A program made the translations under genes and the position numbers. From positions 736,001 to 800,000 of the forward strand of contig CBDCYI010000005.1 of the NCBI GenBank assembly GCA_965224085.1: a stretch of 64,000 nucleotides of DNA, written 5' to 3'. The notes under the pieces are model-generated. The model ran no database searches and was not told where the DNA came from. It was given only the letters and a program-made list of their open reading frames with translations. This document shows positions 33,658-42,728 of this stretch, piece by piece (position 1 is the first letter of the stretch; each line of letters opens with the position of its first letter). Origin of the DNA: Candidatus Marinacidobacterales bacterium (GTDB lineage: Bacteria > Acidobacteriota > Vicinamibacteria > Marinacidobacterales > SMYC01).

Positions 33658-34611
33658 TCACATCTCGAGTACTTTGCCTACGCCTTTGGCGCTTCCCCTC
33701 TCGTAGACGTGTTTCGCCACGGCTACGTCCTCGATCGCCAGTCCCTGGGACTCGAAGAGAGTCATGTCGTCCGGGCTTCGACGTGCTGTGACGTTGCCTC
33801 CGACGACGTCCGCGATTTCGTGCACCGCTTCCCAGGACAGCTTCCCCGTCTCTACGACCGCCGCCACATCGCCGCATTCGATTTTCGCCTGCTCGATGGA
33901 ATCCGCCGCGATGAAGCTCATACGGGTCACGGCCTCTTCGTCGATCTCGATCCGACGAAGCGCGTTCGATCCGATGGCGTTCACATGCTGCCCCGGCTTC
34001 AACCACGCGCCGCGCAAGACCGGCTCGCGCGCATTCGTCGCTGTCACTACAATATCAGCGTCTCGCGGGACCTCCTCCGGTGTTTCGACCGGACGCACCG
34101 GGATTCCGAGCTCCTCGGTCATCTCGTTGCAGAACTGTTCCCGGCGCGCCGCATCACGCCCGTAGGCGACCATCGACACGATCGGCCTCACTTCAGCGAT
34201 CGCTTGCAGCTGTGAGCGCGCCTGCCACCCCGTACCATAGATACCGACGCGCGTCGCATCTTCACGAGCCATATACTTTGTCGCCACACCGCTCGCCGCG
34301 CCGGTGCGAATCTGACCCAACCGATCCGCTTGCATCATCGCCACGAGCTCACCGCTCCTTGCGTCGAACTGCACGAAATAGAACCGCGCGCCATCCGGGC
34401 CGGTCGTATAAGCCTTGAGCCCGACATAGCCGAGCTCACCGCTCCCCGCGGGCAGCACGTGCATCAGGAGCTTGTCGACGCGGACACGCTGCCGCGGCAA
34501 GTTGACGGCTTTGTCCTCCGCGAGCAAGCGAAGCGCGCGCTCAACACACGCGACAGCGTCGTCCATCGGAAGAAGCTCCCCTACGTCCTTCTCTGTATAA
34601 AAACGGGTCAT
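33658..34611 (-). CDS. ornithine cyclodeaminase / mu-crystallin family protein
   Basis: RTGAASGVATKY, G.GWQARSQ, ADIVVTAT, GQHVNAIGS, FESQGLAIED. Confidence 0.92.
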   Translation of the reverse strand: MTRFYTEKDVGELLPMDDAVACVERALRLLAEDKAVNLPRQRVRVDKLLMHVLPAGSGELGYVGLKAYTTGPDGARFYFVQFDARSGELVAMMQADRLGQIRTGAASGVATKYMAREDATRVGIYGTGWQARSQLQAIAEVRPIVSMVAYGRDAARREQFCNEMTEELGIPVRPVETPEEVPRDADIVVTATNAREPVLRGAWLKPGQHVNAIGSNALRRIEIDEEAVTRMSFIAADSIEQAKIECGDVAAVVETGKLSWEAVHEIADVVGGNVTARRSPDDMTLFESQGLAIEDVAVAKHVYERGSAKGVGKVLEM

Positions 34612-34636
34612 ATCGTTTTGACACCTCCGGGAGCGA

Positions 34637-35179
34637 ATGATAGATCAACGCGGACCGATGAGCTCAACTTTCGATAAAACGCTCGAGTTCCGTTATTGCC
34701 CCAAATGCGGTGCCGAGCTCGTAGTCAAGCGTCTCAAAGACCACGAGCCCGAGCGAATGGTCTGTCAAGCGTGCGATTTCGTCTTCTTTCAGGATCCCAA
34801 GCTCGCGGCCGGGACGGTGTTCGAGAGTGATGGCGGGCTCGTTCTCTTGCGGCGCGCCATCGAGCCGGCCTATGGAAAGTGGGTGTTTCCGGGAGGTTTC
34901 GTGGACCGGGGTGAGCGTGTTCTCGATGCCGCGATACGCGAGACGCGCGAAGAAGCGAATGTCGATGTCGCCATTCGTGAGCTCATCGACGTCTACTCTT
35001 ATGCCGGCTCACCGATCGTTATCATCGTCTATGCTGCCGAGATTTGCGGAGGGGAGCTCCGCGCCGCAGACGAAACGCTCGAAGTGAAGATTTTCGAGCC
35101 GTCCGCCATCCCGTGGGATGAGCTCGCCTTTCCGAGCACGCGTGAGGCTGTCTCTGCCTACATAGAAAGGTTTCTCTAG
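34637..35179 (+). CDS. NUDIX hydrolase with N-terminal Zn ribbon (start may be 34658)
   Basis: YCPKCG...CQAC; Nudix box GGFVDRGE....AAIRETREE. Confidence 0.92.
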   Translation: MIDQRGPMSSTFDKTLEFRYCPKCGAELVVKRLKDHEPERMVCQACDFVFFQDPKLAAGTVFESDGGLVLLRRAIEPAYGKWVFPGGFVDRGERVLDAAIRETREEANVDVAIRELIDVYSYAGSPIVIIVYAAEICGGELRAADETLEVKIFEPSAIPWDELAFPSTREAVSAYIERFL

Positions 35180-35182
35180 AAC

Positions 35183-35959
35183 ATGCATCGATTTGCCGAT
35201 AAAGTCGTTCTTGTCACCGGAGCGAGCCGCGGGATCGGCCGCGCGACCGCCGAGGCTTATCTCGAAGAAGGCGCCAAAGTCGCTCTTTTGGCCCGCACAC
35301 TGCCCGAACTCGAATCTCTCGCCGACGCGTGGAATCAAAGTCGACGGCGCGCCCTCGCACTCGAGTGTGACGTCACATCGCGGGAGTCGGTCGAGCGCGC
35401 GCTGCACGAGCTCGAGACGAGTTGGGGTACGCTCGACATCGTCGTCAATAACGCGGGCATCTCCGGAAGAACCCCCATCGACGAAGACGCCTACGAGCTC
35501 TGGCAGAAGATCCTGGACGTGAACCTTACCGGGAGCTACTTCGTGAGCCGCGCTGCCCTCGCGCTCATGACCTCCGGGGGCGGCCGTATCATCAACATGT
35601 CTTCCGTGCTGGGACGTTTCGGCGTTGCCGGATACGCCGCATATTGCACATCCAAGCATGGCATCTTGGGCTTCACGCGTGCCCTTGCGCTCGAGCTCGC
35701 GCCGCGTGGCATCACGGTGAACGCGATCTGCCCGGGATGGGTCGAGACCGACATGGCGGACAAGGGGATTCGCGAGACGGCGGAGGCGCTCGGCATCACT
35801 CCCGATGAGTTTCGCGATCAGGCGATCGCCGGGGTCCCGTTGAAGCGCTTTCTCGATCCCAAAGAAATCGCCACGCTGACCCTTTACTTGAGCTCGGATG
35901 AAGCGTCCGCCATCACCGGGCAGACCTACAATATGTGCGGCGGACAAATCATGAACTGA
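35183..35959 (+). CDS. short-chain dehydrogenase/reductase (3-hydroxybutyrate dehydrogenase-like)
   Basis: TGASRGIG, NNAG, YCTSK (YxxxK), VNAICPGWVET. Confidence 0.93.
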   Translation: MHRFADKVVLVTGASRGIGRATAEAYLEEGAKVALLARTLPELESLADAWNQSRRRALALECDVTSRESVERALHELETSWGTLDIVVNNAGISGRTPIDEDAYELWQKILDVNLTGSYFVSRAALALMTSGGGRIINMSSVLGRFGVAGYAAYCTSKHGILGFTRALALELAPRGITVNAICPGWVETDMADKGIRETAEALGITPDEFRDQAIAGVPLKRFLDPKEIATLTLYLSSDEASAITGQTYNMCGGQIMN

Positions 35960-35961
35960 TC

Positions 35962-36390
35962 ATGGCCGAGCGACGCGTTTCAGTTTTCTTCTACGGCTCC
36001 TTCATCAATCTCGACGTGCTGAAGCAAGCCGATCTCGAGCCCGAAGGGTTTCGCGTGGCTCGGCTTCACGCTTGGGACATCCATATCGGGCCGCTCGCAA
36101 CGCTCATGCCCAAGGATAATGGCGTCGTCTTCGGTATTGTCGTCGAGTGCACCCACGCTGAGCTCGACCGGCTCGACGCCCAGGACTGGGTCGGCGCCTA
36201 TTTGCCCGAAGCAGTGCTCGTAGAAGTCGACGGTACGTTCCTTCCCGCCCTCACCTACGTGAAGTGGGACTTCGGTGAGGGCGGGGAGACCGCCCCGCCG
36301 ACGCAGGAATACGTCGAGCGGATCGCCGGCCCCGGAGAAACGATCGGCTTTCCAGAGTGGTACATCGAGCACATCCGGAGCTTCATCTGA
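35962..36390 (+). CDS. gamma-glutamylcyclotransferase-like protein
   Basis: VFFYGS motif, V.G.V, EL.RLD, P...Y, P.WY. Confidence 0.75.
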   Translation: MAERRVSVFFYGSFINLDVLKQADLEPEGFRVARLHAWDIHIGPLATLMPKDNGVVFGIVVECTHAELDRLDAQDWVGAYLPEAVLVEVDGTFLPALTYVKWDFGEGGETAPPTQEYVERIAGPGETIGFPEWYIEHIRSFI

Positions 36391-36404
36391 TACGATCGGT
36401 AGTT

Positions 36405-36623
36405 ATGGCAGACCCGATCAAGATCTACGGCAAAGCTGGATGACCCTACACCGCCGCGGCCCGTGAGGCCTACGCGACCCGGGACATCGAATATTTCGAC
36501 GTCAAGGCAAACCCCGCACACATGGAAGAGATGCTCTCCGTCAGCGGCGGCGAGCGCGCTGTTCCCATCATCGTGGACGGCGACAACGTGACCGTCGGAT
36601 ATGGCGGCACGTGAGCGGTTTGA
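36405..36623 (+). CDS. glutaredoxin-like (UXX-star-type) selenoprotein with two in-frame UGA (Sec13, Sec70)
   Basis: Manual translation MADPIKIYGKAG-U-PYTAAAREAYATRDIEYFDVKANPAHMEEMLSVSGGERAVPIIVDGDNVTVGYGGT-U-AV*; thioredoxin-fold motifs lie on both sides of the first UGA; fills the gap between the GGCT and racemase genes. Confidence 0.88.
36455..36476 (+). promoter_or_regulatory. SECIS-like hairpin for UGA at 36441
   Basis: CGC-GGCC-[CGTGA]-GGCC-tac-GCG; apical loop starts 18 nt after the UGA with G-U at loop positions 2-3. Confidence 0.6.
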
Positions 36624-37447
36624 CGCCCGGCAGTCCGCCGAGCCCGAGCCAAGAGCGAGAGACGCCGCATCCCGAGTGGAAGCACACTATCGGCATCATC
36701 GGAGGCCTCGGTCCCCACGCGCATATCGAGTTCGAGACATTGCTCTTGAGCTCTACCGAAAAAGCGCTCGGGGGTGCGGCGCTCGATCAAGACTACCCGT
36801 CGTGGGTGCTGTCTTCGATGCCCACTACGCCGGACCGCACAGCTGCACTTTTGAAAGGCAAGGCGTCGCCCGTCGACGCGCTCGTCCGAAGCGCAGAGCG
36901 CCTCACCGACGCCGACTTTGCCGTCATCCCGTGCAACACCGCCCATGCCTTTCTCAGCGGTATCCGCGCGCGGGTCGCCATCCCCATCCTGGACATGATC
37001 CAAGCAACTGCGGAGCGGGCACTCTCGCATGTCGGCAAGACGGGCTCGATTGGCGTTCTCGCCGCGTCGGGGACGCTTCAGTCGGGGCTCTATACGAGCT
37101 GGATCCGAAGGCTCGCGCCTGACGCGAACGTAATCACGCCGCTCGAGATCATGGGCGGCGAGAAGCTACAAGAAGAGCTCGTGATGGAGCCTATCTTCGG
37201 CGAGCGCGGGATCAAGTCGGGTGCGTTTCGTGACCCCGATCGTAAAGAAGAGCTCGCCGAGCCGCTTCGCGAAGCGGCGCGCACGCTCGCACGCGCGGGC
37301 GCCGAAATTGTCCTCACGGCCTGCACCGAGATACCGCTCGCGCTCGGCCGCGACCGCGTCGACGCGATCCCGCTCCTCGATCCAATGGCGGTGGCCGCCG
37401 AGGAGTCCGTCGCGGTAGCACTCGGCCGCCGTCCCTTACCTTCGTAA
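36611..37447 (+). CDS. aspartate/glutamate racemase family protein
   Basis: IGIIGGLGP, PDRT, IPCNTAH and LTACTEIP (both catalytic Cys). Confidence 0.92.
   Translation: MSGLTPGSPPSPSQERETPHPEWKHTIGIIGGLGPHAHIEFETLLLSSTEKALGGAALDQDYPSWVLSSMPTTPDRTAALLKGKASPVDALVRSAERLTDADFAVIPCNTAHAFLSGIRARVAIPILDMIQATAERALSHVGKTGSIGVLAASGTLQSGLYTSWIRRLAPDANVITPLEIMGGEKLQEELVMEPIFGERGIKSGAFRDPDRKEELAEPLREAARTLARAGAEIVLTACTEIPLALGRDRVDAIPLLDPMAVAAEESVAVALGRRPLPS
36617..36650 (+). promoter_or_regulatory. SECIS-like hairpin for UGA at 36612
   Basis: CGGC-[AGTCC]-GCCG with lower stem GGTTT/GAGCC; loop starts 17 nt after the UGA with G-U at loop positions 2-3. Confidence 0.55.
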
Positions 37448-37476
37448 GCTCGCGCCGCACCCGTTATACTTTTTCG

Positions 37477-39036
37477 ATGAGAATATTGACAGCTGCCGAA
37501 ATGCGCAGGGCGGATCGCCGAACGATCCAGGACATCGGCGTCCCGGGCCGCGTGCTCATGGAGAACGCGGGGCGCAGCGTCGCGGGTGCTTTGGAAGATC
37601 ACCTCCCCGAGCTCGCCGACCAACGGATATTCATTGTCTGCGGCAAGGGCAACAATGGCGGTGACGGGCTCGTGCTGCTACGGACTTTGTTCGGGCTAGG
37701 TTACGACGCGCGTGCGGTCGTGTTGTCGCCTTTCGAAGATCTCAGCACCGATGCGCTCGACAACTTGCAATCCGCGGTCAAGCTCAACCTTCCCGTCAAT
37801 GCCGCGAGCGACGAAGCCGCATGGCAGACCGCATTCCTCGAGATGTCGGATGCTGATGTCATCGTGGACGCTATCCTCGGGACCGGGCTTGCAAAAGGCG
37901 CGCACGGACTGCCCCTTCGCGCGATCGAAGATCTCTCCGGGCTCGACGCGTTCAAAGTCGCGGTGGACATCCCGTCGGGGCTATCGTCGGATTCTGGGAG
38001 TCTCCCCGGCGCGGTGCTCGAGGCGGATCTCACCATAGCACTCGCAGCCCCCAAGGTGTGTCATTTCGTTTCGCCAGCGTGCGAGCGTTGCGGCACGATC
38101 GAAGTCGTCGAGATCGGCATCCCGCCCGTCTTCCTGGAAAGGAGCGCACCGCGCCTCGAGACCATCGAGACTATCGAATCAGGGGACGTCGAGCCTTTGT
38201 GGCCCGCACGGCATGCTTCAGCGCATAAAGGAAGCTTCGGCCATCTGTTGATCATCGCCGGCTCATTCGGGAAGACCGGTGCCGCGGTCATGGCGGCTGA
38301 AGCCGCGCTCCGTGCGGGCGCCGGGCTAGTCACTGTAGCCTCCGCAAAGAGCGCTGTCCCTATGATGGCGTCCCAACTGCCCGAAGCAATGTGGGAGCCT
38401 CTCGAGGAGACCGCGACGGGAGCGATCGCCTTCGGCGCGCTCGAGCGACTAGTGGAGCTCGGGGGCGGGCGTTCTGCCATCGCGATAGGTCCCGGGCTCG
38501 GCCTTCAAGACGATACCGTCCGCGTCGTGCAAGAGCTGCTGCAAAAGCTCGCGTCGCCGCTCGTGGTCGACGCCGACGGGCTCAACGCGCTGAGAGGCGC
38601 CGTCGACGAGCTGTCTCCGCGTGCCGATCTCGCCTTGACACCGCATCCCGGCGAGGCGTCCCGGCTGCTCGGTGTGGAAACGGCGGACATCCAGCAGGAT
38701 CGCCTCCGCTACGTGCGCGAGCTCGCCGCCCGCACCCAATCGGCCGTTCTGCTCAAAGGTTTTCGGACGCTCGTGTCGAACGCTGACGGCCATGTGAAGG
38801 TGAACTTGACCGGCAACCCTGGACTCGCATCCGCAGGCTCTGGCGATGTGCTAACAGGTATCGTCGGTGGGCTCCTCGGGCAAGGCGTTCCCGCCTTCGA
38901 GGCGCTCACGCTAGCCGCGCACGTGCACGGGCTCGCGGGCGACCTTGCGAAAAAAGACGTCGGCGAGACCGCCCTCGTCGCTAGGGACGTGCTGCGGATG
39001 CTCCCCGCCGCCATGCGAAAGCTGGGGGCGGATTGA
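37477..39036 (+). CDS. nnr: bifunctional NAD(P)H-hydrate epimerase/dehydratase
   Basis: LMENAG, GKGNNGGDG, VDAILGTG, VDIPSG, HKG.FG, GPGLG, DADGLN, TPHPGE, GSGDVL. Confidence 0.96.
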   Translation: MRILTAAEMRRADRRTIQDIGVPGRVLMENAGRSVAGALEDHLPELADQRIFIVCGKGNNGGDGLVLLRTLFGLGYDARAVVLSPFEDLSTDALDNLQSAVKLNLPVNAASDEAAWQTAFLEMSDADVIVDAILGTGLAKGAHGLPLRAIEDLSGLDAFKVAVDIPSGLSSDSGSLPGAVLEADLTIALAAPKVCHFVSPACERCGTIEVVEIGIPPVFLERSAPRLETIETIESGDVEPLWPARHASAHKGSFGHLLIIAGSFGKTGAAVMAAEAALRAGAGLVTVASAKSAVPMMASQLPEAMWEPLEETATGAIAFGALERLVELGGGRSAIAIGPGLGLQDDTVRVVQELLQKLASPLVVDADGLNALRGAVDELSPRADLALTPHPGEASRLLGVETADIQQDRLRYVRELAARTQSAVLLKGFRTLVSNADGHVKVNLTGNPGLASAGSGDVLTGIVGGLLGQGVPAFEALTLAAHVHGLAGDLAKKDVGETALVARDVLRMLPAAMRKLGAD

Positions 39037-39473
39037 CGAGAGAAACCGTCCACAACACGAAGACCCCCGACGAAACCCTAGGCGTTGCACAGGCCCTCGC
39101 CAAGCAGCAACCCGATTGTCCGGCTTACTACCTCGAAGGCGAGCTCGGCGCGGGCAAGACCCTCTTTACCAAAGGTCTCGCAGCCGCCTACGGCATCGAC
39201 GCCGCGCTCGTCGTGAGCCCGACCTTCGCCCTCGTCAACCGATACAGTGGCAGCTCGCGCGATCTCTACCACCTCGATCTCTATCGCATCGAAAAGGAGC
39301 GCGAGCTCGACGAGCTCGGGATCGAGGAAATGGAGGAAGAGGGCGCCTTGGTAGTGGTAGAGTGGGCAGAAAAGCTGGGACGCTGGCGACGAGAAGACGC
39401 GACCATCGTGCACTTCAACGTCCTGAGCGAGACCGAAAGACGACTCCGTATCGAGGCTCGGCCGCAGGCCTGA
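39033..39473 (+). CDS. tsaE: tRNA threonylcarbamoyladenosine biosynthesis ATPase
   Basis: GELGAGKT, SPTF, HLDLYR, VEW; follows nnr. Confidence 0.95.
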   Translation: MTRETVHNTKTPDETLGVAQALAKQQPDCPAYYLEGELGAGKTLFTKGLAAAYGIDAALVVSPTFALVNRYSGSSRDLYHLDLYRIEKERELDELGIEEMEEEGALVVVEWAEKLGRWRREDATIVHFNVLSETERRLRIEARPQA

Positions 39474-39480
39474 ATCAGAG

Positions 39481-40169
39481 ATGACGAAGGCGCTCAAAGG
39501 CATCATCGCCGCCATTCCTACGCTGTTCGACGCGTCGGAAGAGCTCGCGCTTGACGCCCTCGTCCCCGACATCGAGAAGTGGAACGAGACTCGTTTAGCT
39601 GGCTACACGGTGCTCGGAACGACCGGCGAGTTCGTTGCCCTCGACACGGATGAAAAAAAACGCCTCTTGGAGCGTGCGCGTGACGTCATCCCCGCGCACA
39701 GAGTGATGCTCGCGGGGACGGGCGAAGAGTCGACCCGAGCAACAGCAAGTCTTTCCCGCTGGGCCGGCGAGATCGGCTGCGACTACGCGATCGTGGTGAC
39801 ACCTCACTATCATCGCGGGGCATTCTCGTCCTCACCGGAGCGGCCCACGTGCTCTACGCGGCTTTCACTGTTGGTGCGGAGGGCGCTATCCTGGCGGATG
39901 CATGCTCGGCCTATGATGTTTGCGTGGATATCGAAGAAGCTTTCCAAGCGGGGAAGCTCGAACGGGCTCGAGAGCTCCAGGGGCGCCTCGCAATCTTCTC
40001 TCGGGTTTTGATTGGAAAGTATGGGATCCCGGGCGTGAAGGCGCTTCTCGAAAAACAGGGATTTTACGGAGGCCCGTGTCGGATGCCTTTGACGGCGCTC
40101 CCGAGCGAAGCGGCGGAGGAGCTCGTCGTCGCTTTTGCCAACGTTTCCGGTGAAAAGACTGTCTCATGA
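39481..40169 (+). pseudogene. DapA-like aldolase with internal deletion and frameshift
   Basis: N-half (IPT.F, LGTTGE, AGTG, VTPHY) joined out of frame near 39825 to C-half (VLTG..., GA.GAILA, GIPGVKA, G.P.R.PL); LYN and catalytic Lys (GIKDS) segment absent. Confidence 0.85.
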
Positions 40170-41575
40170 AGAGAAGCATCGTCGTTTTGTGCCTTCTCGT
40201 GTTTGCTACCTGCGGCGATTCCGGCAAGTCCGGACTCGAGCCCGTCCATCGCAATGCCGGCATCAACGTTGTCTTGATCACGGTGGATACACTCCGCGCC
40301 GATCATTTGAGCGCCTACGGCTATCCAAGGAACACGAGCCCCAGAATCGACGAGCTCGCTTCGAAAGGCGTTCTCTTCGAAACGGCCTTCACCTATTGGC
40401 CGAAAACGCGCGGGAGCTTTGCTGCGCTCTTCACCGGCCTCTACGCGTCCCAGCACGGGCTCACGGTCAGAAACCGCGACCTGCCCGATTTCAATAAAAC
40501 CCTCGCCGAGACGTTCCGAGAAGCGGGCTACCGCACCGGCGCGGCCCTTGACAACGGTAACCTGGACCAGGCTCTCGGCTTTGCTCAAGGCTTCGACACC
40601 TACGAGCAGACGTGGCTCACCAGCGAAACGGAGCTCGAGCGGACCGAAGCCATTACCGAGTTCGGGCTCGACTACCTATCCGCGACCGGCGACGAGCGCC
40701 CGTTCTTCATGTGGCTCCACTATGTCAACCCGCATACACCTTACGACCCTCCTCAGGAGCTTCTTTCGCAATTTCGCGGGGACGGCGTTATCCCCCGTGG
40801 ACCTGAGCTCGAGAAAGTCACCGGCTATCACGGCGGGGTCAACCGGCACCTGGCCGTCGAGGGTGAGACCCATTGGGGTGACTACGTGGATCGTTATGAC
40901 GCGGAGATTCTCGCCGTCGACGCACATATCGGTCGCGTGCTCGACGGGCTCGCCGCGAGCCAGCATGCGGGAGAGACGCTCGTCCTCTTCACCTCCGATC
41001 ACGGAGAGAGCCTCGGCGAGCACGACTACTTTTTCGACCACGGTTTCAATCTCTTCAACCCGTCGCTCCGGATCCCGCTCATCGCATCGTTTCCCGGATT
41101 TCTTCCCGCGGGCGAGCGCATTCATGGGACGGTCTCGACCCTCGATGTCTATCCAACGATTCTGGATCTAGCGCAAGTATCGTTCCCCGCAGGACTCCGG
41201 GGAAAATCCGTTTTGCCGCTCGTACGCGGTACGAGAAACCGGCTCCACCCTCAGATATTTTTCCAGAACGACCAACATCTCATGGCGATCACGAACGGTC
41301 GGTTGAAGCTCGTCCGATATCCCGAGACGGAAGGTAGGGGCGCACGATTCCGGCTCCTCGACATGTATCGCGATCCCGCCGAGGTCGAAAATCGCTATGA
41401 GGGATCGGCGGCCCGCATCGCTCCTTTCGAGGCACAGCTCTCGAGCTTCCGGACGCAAACCGTCGCCTGGCAGCAAGCCACCGAGACGAAGCGCACCGGC
41501 CCTTCGACCGGAGACGAGGAGCTTTCCGAACAAACGCGCCGAAGCCTCGAATCCCTCGGCTATATCGAAAAGTAG
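40166..41575 (+). CDS. sulfatase-like / alkaline phosphatase superfamily lipoprotein
   Basis: Lipobox-like VFATC, ITVDTLRADH, TP-like SPRID, PHTPY, TSDHGE, LRIPLI, C-terminal LESLGY; Thr at the nucleophile position. Confidence 0.88.
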   Translation: MKRSIVVLCLLVFATCGDSGKSGLEPVHRNAGINVVLITVDTLRADHLSAYGYPRNTSPRIDELASKGVLFETAFTYWPKTRGSFAALFTGLYASQHGLTVRNRDLPDFNKTLAETFREAGYRTGAALDNGNLDQALGFAQGFDTYEQTWLTSETELERTEAITEFGLDYLSATGDERPFFMWLHYVNPHTPYDPPQELLSQFRGDGVIPRGPELEKVTGYHGGVNRHLAVEGETHWGDYVDRYDAEILAVDAHIGRVLDGLAASQHAGETLVLFTSDHGESLGEHDYFFDHGFNLFNPSLRIPLIASFPGFLPAGERIHGTVSTLDVYPTILDLAQVSFPAGLRGKSVLPLVRGTRNRLHPQIFFQNDQHLMAITNGRLKLVRYPETEGRGARFRLLDMYRDPAEVENRYEGSAARIAPFEAQLSSFRTQTVAWQQATETKRTGPSTGDEELSEQTRRSLESLGYIEK

Positions 41576-41582
41576 CTTCCGG

Positions 41583-42254
41583 CTACGCCTGCTCTTTGAT
41601 CTCCGTGATGATCCACCGAGATATCGGCGTAATGTTGCGCTCCTTGTCCGCGAGCTCGTAACGTTTCAGCATGAACACGTAGCCCTTCTCCGCCGAGCCG
41701 TCATTCACTTTGAGATGGAGCTCTTTGCCTTTCACGTTCCCATCGAATTTCTCGCTGACGGAAGTGTTCAAGGAAAGCCCCGCCGCGGATTTCAGGTCGT
41801 CCATAATCGCAGTTATCTCTTTCTCTTCTTCCTCGAGCTTCGACTGCGCTTCCATGCGCTTTTCCCACTCTGTCTGAAACTCCCCGAGCTCGCCCTCGAA
41901 CATGGAGTCGGTATCCTCGGCTTTTTTCTTCTTGTACTCATCGAACAACTCGCGATGGTCGCCGGCATAGTTCGCATTGGTGCCATTCTCAATTTTGATC
42001 TCGCTGCGTTTTTTCATCAACTGCTCATGGAGCCCGGGAAGCTCGAACGGCGCGACCGATTCCGGCCCCATCTCGACGAGCTCCCAAGTCTCAACCCCTC
42101 CTTCGAACGCCGCCAGCGAGACGCTCGCCAAAACGGCCGCGTCGCCTCCTTTTACCGCCTCGAAGAAGTTGCTCAAGACCTGTTGCTCCTGGCCAGAGCA
42201 GGACACAACAACGACAATGGCAACCGCGACCGACATCTTTCTCAAGCTTCGCAC
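41583..42254 (-). CDS. hypothetical lipoprotein with central coiled coil
   Basis: Signal peptide with lipobox VVVSC; E/K-rich helical middle; codon usage consistent with coding. Confidence 0.7.
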   Translation of the reverse strand: MRSLRKMSVAVAIVVVVSCSGQEQQVLSNFFEAVKGGDAAVLASVSLAAFEGGVETWELVEMGPESVAPFELPGLHEQLMKKRSEIKIENGTNANYAGDHRELFDEYKKKKAEDTDSMFEGELGEFQTEWEKRMEAQSKLEEEEKEITAIMDDLKSAAGLSLNTSVSEKFDGNVKGKELHLKVNDGSAEKGYVFMLKRYELADKERNITPISRWIITEIKEQA

Positions 42255-42528
42255 AAATCCCTCCTCTTGAATCGGGCCGCCAGCCCATAGGGCGCCTCGA
42301 GACGAGGGTCCGTTTTTTCGACTGCCGCGCTAAAGGGGCCAACGTCCCACGGTCGTGTGTGGGGTGGGATTGCCCAGGGGCAGGTGACCACCGTGAGCGC
42401 ATCGTAGATCCGTTCGCTCCCGGACGCAAGCACTTGGTAGTCTGTCTCAGTAAAGCGTTTGGTCTTCGCCGCGCACGCGGATCAACTCTTTGTAATGTTC
42501 CAGAATGAATGATGAATGATGGCGACGA

Positions 42529-42723
42529 GTGAGCTCTTCGCTCGAAGGCACGATGGTTCCACTCGTCACCCCTTTTGACGACTTGGACTGGATGGCGCGC
42601 ACGAACAATCCGACCGGCATCATCAAAGCGGGTCTACGGGCCCAAGAGCTCCCGTGGGCCTCCCGCGCGCGCCTGGCCGCGACTTGGAAAGCGACGAGCT
42701 CGCGAGCTTCGACGAAGCGCTAG
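42529..42723 (+). pseudogene. second DapA-like remnant (N- and C-terminal motifs fused)
   Basis: LEGTMVPLVTPFD (DapA beta1) followed directly by NPTGIIKAGL (DapA C-terminal NP..IKA). Confidence 0.5.
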
Positions 42724-42728
42724 AGCAG

